Positions 57,538 to 64,000 of a stretch of DNA of 64,000 nucleotides are shown piece by piece. The notes under the pieces were generated by a model. The model searched no databases. It worked only from the letters and a program-made list of their open reading frames with translations, and was not told the DNA's origin. Made by a program: the position numbers and the translations under genes. How positions within the stretch are numbered: position 1 is the stretch's first letter; each line of letters begins with the position of its first letter. The stretch is from contig JAHFON010000002.1 in NCBI GenBank assembly GCA_023261695.1, positions 11,467-75,466 on the forward strand, in the 5' to 3' direction. Source of the stretch: Candidatus Moraniibacteriota bacterium (GTDB taxonomy: Bacteria > Patescibacteriota > Minisyncoccia > Moranbacterales > UBA1568).

Positions 57538-58893
57538 ATGAAAGGTGTTCAGTCAAAAAATTACAACGTGGTGATCGTTGGCGGCGGGATTACCGGCGCC
57601 TCCCTGCTTTACGTATTGAGCCGGTACACGAATATTCCGCGTTTAGTTCTTATCGAGAAATATAATGAAATTGCTCACGTAAATTCACACTTCAATAACA
57701 ATAGCCAAACTCTCCATTTCGGCGACATTGAAACGAATTATTCTTTGGAAAAAGCCAGGCGAGTTAAAGAGGCGGCCGAGATGTTAAAGCGCTATCTTGA
57801 ACAATATGCCAGAGGAGCCTTCCGCAAAGGATATAAAATGGTGCTGGCGGTAGGTGAAAGCGAAGTTGCCGAACTGGAGCGTCGTTATGAGGAATTTCTG
57901 CCGTTATTTCCTAAACTTAAAAAAATAAATAGAGAAGAAATAGCTCGCCTAGAGCCTCGGGTTGTGAAAGGGCGAAATCAGAACGAAAAAATACTCGCTC
58001 TTTTTACTGAAGATGGTTACGCGGTTAATTTCAAAAAACTGGCTGAATCTTTTATTCGAGAATCGCGAAGCGTGGAAAAAGAAGGAAAACAGATTGATAT
58101 AGTACTTGACACTGAAGTAGCAGACATTGTTAAGAGTGATGACGGGTATCGCCTAGAAACAAGCCGTGAAGTTTTCACAACTGATGCGGTAGTGGTAGCG
58201 GCTGGTCCGCATAGCCTGATCTTCGCGCACTCTTTGGGATACGGCAAGGAATTCGGTATTTTACCGGTGGCTGGCAGTTTTTACTTGGCAAATAACGTCT
58301 TAAACGGCAAAGTTTATACAATGCAGATTAAAAAATTGCCATTTGCCGCTATTCACGGTGATCCGGATGTAGACAATCCGCAAGAAACTCGCTTTGGTCC
58401 GACGGCCAAAGTGCTTCCTCTGCTTGAACGCCACAAATATCGTACGGCGCTGGATTTTTTGCAAACTTCCGTTTGGAATGTTCGCGGGGTAAGGAGTTTG
58501 ATGAAAATTATTTCTGACAAAACAATATTTTTCTACGTGTTAAAAAATATTCTTTATGATTTACCGATTATCGGAAAACGGATTTTTCTGAAAGAGGCAA
58601 AAAAAATCGTCCCGCTGTTAGAAATTAGCGAGTTGCGATATGGCAGAGGCATTGGCGGAATTCGTCCGCAAGTTGTCAATACAATAACTAAAAAACTCGA
58701 GATGGGAGAAGCGAAAATCACAGGAAACCGGATTATTTTCAACATAACTCCCTCGCCCGGCGCTTCGGTGAGTTTGAAAAACGCGGAACAGGATGCGTTG
58801 CAAGTAGTATCAATGCTGGGCGCGCCGTTTCAATTTTATGAAAAGAGGTGGTGTGAAGATATCGGGTCCTCTATGGTAGAATGCAGAGAGTAA
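57538..58893 (+). CDS. Malate:quinone oxidoreductase-like FAD oxidoreductase
   Basis: GGGITG, NNSQTLHFGDIETNY, PFAAIHGD, RFGPTA, ITPSPGAS. Confidence 0.8.
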   Translation: MKGVQSKNYNVVIVGGGITGASLLYVLSRYTNIPRLVLIEKYNEIAHVNSHFNNNSQTLHFGDIETNYSLEKARRVKEAAEMLKRYLEQYARGAFRKGYKMVLAVGESEVAELERRYEEFLPLFPKLKKINREEIARLEPRVVKGRNQNEKILALFTEDGYAVNFKKLAESFIRESRSVEKEGKQIDIVLDTEVADIVKSDDGYRLETSREVFTTDAVVVAAGPHSLIFAHSLGYGKEFGILPVAGSFYLANNVLNGKVYTMQIKKLPFAAIHGDPDVDNPQETRFGPTAKVLPLLERHKYRTALDFLQTSVWNVRGVRSLMKIISDKTIFFYVLKNILYDLPIIGKRIFLKEAKKIVPLLEISELRYGRGIGGIRPQVVNTITKKLEMGEAKITGNRIIFNITPSPGASVSLKNAEQDALQVVSMLGAPFQFYEKRWCEDIGSSMVECRE

Positions 58894-58939
58894 TAGGTCG
58901 AATTACTTTTTGGAGTTAATCAAGATTAATTTATAAACT

Positions 58940-59320
58940 ATGTTGGAACAACTAACGCAATACAATGATATCGGGCTTTTTATTTTACGTTTGGCGATCG
59001 CGGCAATATTTATTTACCACGCTATGCCGAAACTGCAGAACGCCAAAGGTATGGCACAAATGATTGGTGTGCCGACGGGAATGATATTGGCATTGGGTAG
59101 TATGGAATTTCTGTCATCAGTAGGATTGGTGTTGGGCATTTATATCCAACTGGCCGCGTTGCTTTTGGTAATCGTTATGATCGGCGCGATCGGTATGAAA
59201 GTGATGAAGTGGGGCGTACCTTTCGCCGCAATGGATAAAACGGGCTGGGAATTTGATTTGATTTTGTTGGCCGGAAGTCTCGCGCTTCTTTTGGGCGGCG
59301 GCGGCGCCATTGGGATTTAA
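58940..59320 (+). CDS. DoxX family membrane protein
   Basis: LRLAIA..FIYH..PKL; GWEF; GGG. Confidence 0.85.
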   Translation: MLEQLTQYNDIGLFILRLAIAAIFIYHAMPKLQNAKGMAQMIGVPTGMILALGSMEFLSSVGLVLGIYIQLAALLLVIVMIGAIGMKVMKWGVPFAAMDKTGWEFDLILLAGSLALLLGGGGAIGI

Positions 59321-59321
59321 T

Positions 59322-59645
59322 TTACAAAGTAGCTTGGGTGATAGCCTGTTCTGTACTTGTGACGAGGCTATCCACTCTTTGGAAAGACTGCCTTATCCGG
59401 CCTTCAACGAATTCGCGACGCAAAACATAGACTTTATCTTTAGGTAACTTTGCGTTTTCGCAGACACTATTGAGCTCTGCCGTAGTGTCGTTTTTCGCAG
59501 TGGCCGCCTCACTGCCCACTTCCTCTTTTATTTCCTCCCCGTATTGCATCAGCGCTTCAGGGCTGTTAATATCAGCGCTCTCTGGCGTGTGCTGAGGATC
59601 TTCTGGTTTTTCGGCAATGTGTAATTCTCCTCTGTTGTAGCTCAT
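59322..59645 (-). CDS. Hypothetical protein
   Basis: ATG overlaps the upstream stop (ATGA coupling). Confidence 0.55.
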   Translation of the reverse strand: MSYNRGELHIAEKPEDPQHTPESADINSPEALMQYGEEIKEEVGSEAATAKNDTTAELNSVCENAKLPKDKVYVLRREFVEGRIRQSFQRVDSLVTSTEQAITQATL

Positions 59646-59824
59646 ATAATACCGAGAGATTTTTTAACTTCTTTGAGTCTTTCACCGCGGAGCACTTCTT
59701 CAAAATCAGCGATGATTTTGTCTTGTTCTTTTTTCAGTTCCAAAAGCCGATCCAGATACGTGGCATAAATTTTTTCTATTTCTTTGACTCTTTCTTGGAT
59801 TTCTTCTTGGGTCATAGGATTCAA
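59642..59824 (-). CDS. Small coiled-coil protein
   Basis: Charged helical 60-aa ORF; start may be the ATG at 59815. Confidence 0.55.
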   Translation of the reverse strand: MNPMTQEEIQERVKEIEKIYATYLDRLLELKKEQDKIIADFEEVLRGERLKEVKKSLGII

Positions 59825-59879
59825 AATAATTACAATTACTTAACGTGAGTATAGCCGAAACGCTCTTTTTATGAAAGAC

Positions 59880-61877
59880 TCACTCGTTGGATGGGGCATT
59901 TCGTATATTATTGAGATAGGCGTTGAATTTAAAAAACGTTTCTTGTATCAGGGATAATGCTTGTCGCGCTAAGCCTGGATTGCTATCATGATAAGTAAAT
60001 CCTATATCCTCCGGAGGAGCTGTGTCTGTTCCGAGACTGATCAATCGCAACCACTGTCTGTCGCGCACGTCTTGATTTGTCGGCGGCTCTGTAATAGACG
60101 CGCCCAAGACTTCTTTTTCCGCACTTGGATCATCTGGCGACTCGGGAATGGCGGAAGTGTCGTTTGTAGGGGCGGAATCTTCATTAGAAGGCGGCTCGGT
60201 GGGGGAAACGGAAAACGCATTTTTTTCCGAATCAACATCTTCAGTTTCTGTTATTTCAAAACTCCACCGTGTTCCTTTGGTCTTCTTATAGACGATATTG
60301 TCAGCGAGGGATTTTTCCGGTTTATATTTTATTTTCTGCAAGACTTTACCGTCTGGCGCACGCAGTTCAACTTTGCCCTTCTGATTGGTAAGCGTGAAGA
60401 GAGAATTTGCCCGCGTCAGTTTGAGTTCTTGTTTGGGCTTGATGATAAAATTTTCGCGGACGGGATGATTAACGAGATTTTTCCAGCCGGTGGCGATACC
60501 AAAGCCTTTGAGATTGACGGCTTTCTTGTCTTGGTTTTCCAGCATCACCCATTCATTGTCCGTATCCTTTCCCGCAGGATTGGGCATCAATGCTGTGATG
60601 CGAAGTTTCGGATAAGTCAAAGAACGTATTTCAATAGTGAAAGTTTCCAGCAGGTCTTCTTGTCCGTCGGTAGTTTTGAGTGTGACCGTATATGTCCCGT
60701 TTTGTTGGTAAATATGAGAAGTTTTTCCCTTATAACTTTTGTGGCCATCGCCGAAATCCCAAACATATTTGAGCGTGTCGCCATCCGCGTCTTCTCCTTT
60801 GGCTCTGAATTCTACGGATGTACCGCGGTAACCTTTTTTGGGAACTTTTTCTTTGACTTCAGGCAGATTGTTAATTTGATTGAGCGTTCCCGGCGTGGGC
60901 GTGCCGCCGCGCCAGCCGGAGGGGGTGTAGTTGAGCGAGATATCTTCTCTGGTTTTTTCATAGCGCATAGAATCAACTAAGATATTTGAAACATCAAACA
61001 GCGAGATAGTTTCACTGGTATTGTTGAGAGAAATCTTGAATGTCTGATCGGTTATGAGGAAATATGTTTGCGCCTTGATGTTTGACTCTGGCGGGAAAAC
61101 GTATTTGCCGGTCTTAGTGGCATCTCGAATGATCCAGCCAGAAACATCTTCATCGGTGTTGCCAAAATTATAGAGCTCAATGAATTCGCCCGCATCACCC
61201 TTGGCCGATGGGTTAGGAAGGAGTTCATTGAGGCGGATGGAATATGTTTTGGGCGGGGCGGAAGGAGGAGGGCTTGGTGGTGGATCTGGCAATGGTGGTT
61301 CGTAGGTCTTGCCTTGGCTATTAGTCGGGGTTGGAAGTGCGTTTTCTTCCCAAAGCAATGTTGCGGGATTGCGTGTATGAGATTTGTTTTTAGTGGGATT
61401 GGACAAAAGAGGCGATGGTGAAAAAGGCAAGGTATGTCCGGTTCCCCAAGTCACGGAATCTATGAGAACATCTTTGTCATCAAACAGCGCCAGTGAATTA
61501 TTGTCCGTCAAGGAATCTGTGGTTTTGATGTCTGCGATATCAATATATTTTTTTCCGCCACCGTTTACCCAAAGCAAAAATGTTTTTGGCGCAATGTTAT
61601 CGGCCGATGAGAAAGCTTTTATTGAATTGCTGCTTGATTTGCAATCAGCAATGTTACTTTTTGTGCGCCGACACAAATGCCACCCTTTTAACGAGATAAT
61701 CGCATCTCCGGGATTATAAAGCTCGATGAAGTCATCATTCGCAGTGTTGTCGCCAGCAATTTGAATTTCGCTTATGATGACTGGCGGCAAAGTTTCAGCC
61801 TGAACTTTGGGTATTGGGACGTATGCCTGTATAAGTAAAAGAACAGCAATGCCAATAAGAGCAGTTTTCATTCGCAT
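59880..61877 (-). CDS. Secreted lamin-tail-domain (x3) + PKD protein
   Basis: IISEI...DFIELYNP; LNELLPNP...EFIELYN; WDFGDG; LMPNP...EWV. Confidence 0.85.
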   Translation of the reverse strand: MRMKTALIGIAVLLLIQAYVPIPKVQAETLPPVIISEIQIAGDNTANDDFIELYNPGDAIISLKGWHLCRRTKSNIADCKSSSNSIKAFSSADNIAPKTFLLWVNGGGKKYIDIADIKTTDSLTDNNSLALFDDKDVLIDSVTWGTGHTLPFSPSPLLSNPTKNKSHTRNPATLLWEENALPTPTNSQGKTYEPPLPDPPPSPPPSAPPKTYSIRLNELLPNPSAKGDAGEFIELYNFGNTDEDVSGWIIRDATKTGKYVFPPESNIKAQTYFLITDQTFKISLNNTSETISLFDVSNILVDSMRYEKTREDISLNYTPSGWRGGTPTPGTLNQINNLPEVKEKVPKKGYRGTSVEFRAKGEDADGDTLKYVWDFGDGHKSYKGKTSHIYQQNGTYTVTLKTTDGQEDLLETFTIEIRSLTYPKLRITALMPNPAGKDTDNEWVMLENQDKKAVNLKGFGIATGWKNLVNHPVRENFIIKPKQELKLTRANSLFTLTNQKGKVELRAPDGKVLQKIKYKPEKSLADNIVYKKTKGTRWSFEITETEDVDSEKNAFSVSPTEPPSNEDSAPTNDTSAIPESPDDPSAEKEVLGASITEPPTNQDVRDRQWLRLISLGTDTAPPEDIGFTYHDSNPGLARQALSLIQETFFKFNAYLNNIRNAPSNE

Positions 61878-62048
61878 AATCTTTATAAAATAAGTGTTTC
61901 TGGTATTTATCCCGCCTAGTCACATTTTTATCGTATCTCGTTTTAGAATTTAGAGAGCGAGGCATTTTATGTTCATAGCACAGGAAAACGCGTTTGGCAA
62001 CTGGAAATAGCGCGGCAGATATGCTATACTGGAAAAGTTGAAAAAAAT

Positions 62049-62366
62049 ATGGAAGAGAAAATGAAAACACCAAAAAACGAAAATAGCGGCTGGATGGGAT
62101 TCCTACTGGAGAATATTTTTGGTATTATCCGATCTTTTGCGGAAAGTCTGTTTGAGAATGCGGAGGAAGCGACGTTTGCGTTTACTAGAAAATTAGCCAG
62201 GCGGGTTTTTCTGACTTTTTTCGCCTGCGCGGGAGTGGTTTTTATTTTGGCGGGTGTAGCGCGCTTCTTGAGTCTGTGGTATCGGTTGCCCGGTGCCGGC
62301 GAAGTATTGGTGGGAGCGTTCGTGCTTTTAATATCATTTATGCTATACTTTTTTACTAGTGATTGA
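62049..62366 (+). CDS. Two-TM protein (YqjE/holin-like)
   Basis: Two TM helices; adjacent to an ElaB-like gene. Confidence 0.6.
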   Translation: MEEKMKTPKNENSGWMGFLLENIFGIIRSFAESLFENAEEATFAFTRKLARRVFLTFFACAGVVFILAGVARFLSLWYRLPGAGEVLVGAFVLLISFMLYFFTSD

Positions 62367-62426
62367 TATTGATCGGTGTTATGTAAGTAACTAATTATAA
62401 AAAAGTAATCAATTAAAATAAATGTT

Positions 62427-62687
62427 ATGGTGAGTCAGAAAAATGTGGTTGAGGAGATGAAAGAAATGAAGACGCGTGTGATCGGTAAACTGGAAGAAAG
62501 TCGCAAGCAGGCCGAAAAAGAAATGGCCAAAGTCAGGCAGTATGTCGGATCCTCTATCAAGCAGATTGAAGGTTATGTCAAGAAAAATCCGGAAAAGGCG
62601 GCTATGATTTCAGCTGGTATTGGCGCGGCCTTTGGCGCGGCTCTGGCTTTGCTGACTGGTAATACAAAAAAAACCAAGAAAAAATAA
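62427..62687 (+). CDS. DUF883/ElaB/YqjD-like protein
   Basis: YVKKNPEKAAMISAGIG tail anchor. Confidence 0.7.
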   Translation: MVSQKNVVEEMKEMKTRVIGKLEESRKQAEKEMAKVRQYVGSSIKQIEGYVKKNPEKAAMISAGIGAAFGAALALLTGNTKKTKKK

Positions 62688-63053
62688 ATGAAAAATATTG
62701 AGCCGCAGGTTTATCGCCAGCGATTGGTGATTGAGGCGCGTTATACCATTGAAGTAACCCGTGAAACTGTAAAAAAATACCTTCTGGATCTGGCTAAAGA
62801 ATTGGGGATGACTTTGCATCCGAGTTTAGCGGAACCGATTATCACTTCCGCTACCGGCAAAAGCAATCCCATTCATGACGGTTATGAAGGTATTGTTATC
62901 TGGCTGGAATCAGGCTCTTCTCTTTATATTTGGGAAAAATTTAAGTTTCTTACAGCCGATATTTATACCTGTAAACCTTTCCCGGCCCAAAAAGCCATTG
63001 ATTTTACCGCTCAATTTTTCCAGACGAGCGAAATGGAACATTTGGAGATATAA
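62688..63053 (+). CDS. S-adenosylmethionine decarboxylase-like proenzyme
   Basis: GYEGIVIWLES...W...DIYTCK. Confidence 0.7.
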   Translation: MKNIEPQVYRQRLVIEARYTIEVTRETVKKYLLDLAKELGMTLHPSLAEPIITSATGKSNPIHDGYEGIVIWLESGSSLYIWEKFKFLTADIYTCKPFPAQKAIDFTAQFFQTSEMEHLEI

Positions 63054-63064
63054 GACCATAAACT

Positions 63065-63799
63065 ATGGGACTAGTCGGGCTGTTGATCGCGGTAATTTTT
63101 ATGGCGTTTGGCGCGTGGCATTTTTTTTCAAACGGTTCTAATTTAACCACAATCACCAATGATGCGTCTCCTATAGCGTTCACGGAAGGACTGGTGCGTT
63201 ATGAAGATGCCAAGGAACAAGCTTTGAACGTGAAGCATCTGGTGGAACAAAAATCCGCGGATACAAACATTGACGCGCCCGATAAATTGACAGAAAAAAA
63301 AGTTACGGAAAACCGGGAAGCAAAAGCTGATGAAGTGAAAATTATAAACCGTCTGATGACTTCCGGTTTTGCAGTCTCGGTGAAAGCGCGCGCGATAGAT
63401 ACGATTGTTTTGCACTCTTCTTATGATCTGACGGGGCAGGATCCGTATTCTGTCAGCGGCGTTATTCAGGAGTACGGGGATTACGGAGTTTCCGCACACT
63501 ATCTCATTGATCGCGCGGGCACTGTGTATCGTCTGGTGGAAGATAAAGACGTGGCTTATCACGCGGGAGCAAGCCAAATGCCGGACGGCCGAAAAAATGT
63601 CAATGATTTTTCTCTCGGTATCGAAATGCTTGGTACTTTAGACGGGCAATATACTGAAGCGCAATACAAATCAGTGAACGAGCTTATAGATTTTTTAAAG
63701 ATACAATATCCCATCAAATTTATAGTCGGACACAAAGATATCGCTCCCGGACGTAAAACTGATCCGTGGAACTTTGATTGGACACGTTTGAAATTTTGA
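63065..63799 (+). CDS. N-acetylmuramoyl-L-alanine amidase (Amidase_2/AmpD-like), membrane-anchored
   Basis: IVLHS, VSAHYLI, AYHAG, SLGIE, GHKDIAPGRKTDP. Confidence 0.9.
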   Translation: MGLVGLLIAVIFMAFGAWHFFSNGSNLTTITNDASPIAFTEGLVRYEDAKEQALNVKHLVEQKSADTNIDAPDKLTEKKVTENREAKADEVKIINRLMTSGFAVSVKARAIDTIVLHSSYDLTGQDPYSVSGVIQEYGDYGVSAHYLIDRAGTVYRLVEDKDVAYHAGASQMPDGRKNVNDFSLGIEMLGTLDGQYTEAQYKSVNELIDFLKIQYPIKFIVGHKDIAPGRKTDPWNFDWTRLKF

Positions 63800-63815
63800 T
63801 TTTTCAGCTTGCTTT

Positions 63816-64000
63816 ATGCCGTATACATTCAAACTGCTTGTGGGAAAAGAAAAAACCAAGCTGGCGCTTTTCAATGAAAGTAAAGAAACGGATAGCATAG
63901 AATGGACGGAAGGCCGTGATATGGGAAAGCGCTTGCTTCAAGCTATTGAGGAATTGTTGAAAAAAAACCATCTTCAGCCGGAAGATGTGAGTGATTTCGC
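63816..64000 (+). CDS. TsaB-like protein, N-terminus (truncated by window edge)
   Basis: LLQAIEELLKKNHLQPEDV resembles the TsaB N-terminal helix. Confidence 0.5.
   Translation, partial: MPYTFKLLVGKEKTKLALFNESKETDSIEWTEGRDMGKRLLQAIEELLKKNHLQPEDVSDF

Noticed and set aside
59988-60980. 330-aa plus-strand ORF
   Set aside because: Antisense shadow of the lamin-tail gene with no motifs; the same applies to other overlapping antisense ORFs such as 8204-8833 and 49890-50708
62049-63799. Holin-endolysin lysis cassette
   Set aside because: Two-TM gene pairs with an ElaB-like gene, the amidase is membrane-anchored, and the context is housekeeping
1-64000. CRISPR array, DGR/retron, transposase or integrase
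   Set aside because: No regularly spaced repeats, cas genes, reverse transcriptase motifs or recombinase ORFs recognised by eye
1-64000. Alternative genetic code (TGA read as Gly)
   Set aside because: Conserved genes are uninterrupted under code 11 and ppa ends at TGA at the expected length

Overview
Chromosomal window of a small-genome bacterium using genetic code 11. Gene content (short ThrRS and IF2, VirB2-like pilin cluster, DUF4012, lamin-tail protein, few SD sites on core genes) suggests a Patescibacteria/CPR (Parcubacteria-like) organism; this is inference. Core genes: cca, infB, pyrH, typA, nusA, ppa, tig, clpP, gpmI, rny, hup, thrS and six tRNAs. Accessory regions: (1) a type III R-M locus with a res'/'mod chimeric scar and inserted genes (1-4979); (2) a 2.2-kb promoter-to-terminator unit divergent from a TrmB regulator, in which two large, heavily base-paired RNA domains alternate with small orphan ORFs (11697-13887); this is the most unusual element; (3) a cassette-like array beside tRNA-Ser whose genes are flanked by inverted repeats and preceded by lox/dif/attC-like sites (20550-22400); (4) five pilin genes next to a GT39 glycosyltransferase; (5) an AT-rich island after tRNA-Gly with XRE, DUF4145, a putative QxK nuclease and a Panacea antitoxin-toxin pair (44246-48755). 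Several scattered orphan genes share a promoter / boxA-like / strong SD / terminator layout. No CRISPR array, integrase, transposase or reverse transcriptase was recognised. All family calls come from motif recognition by eye, not database searches.
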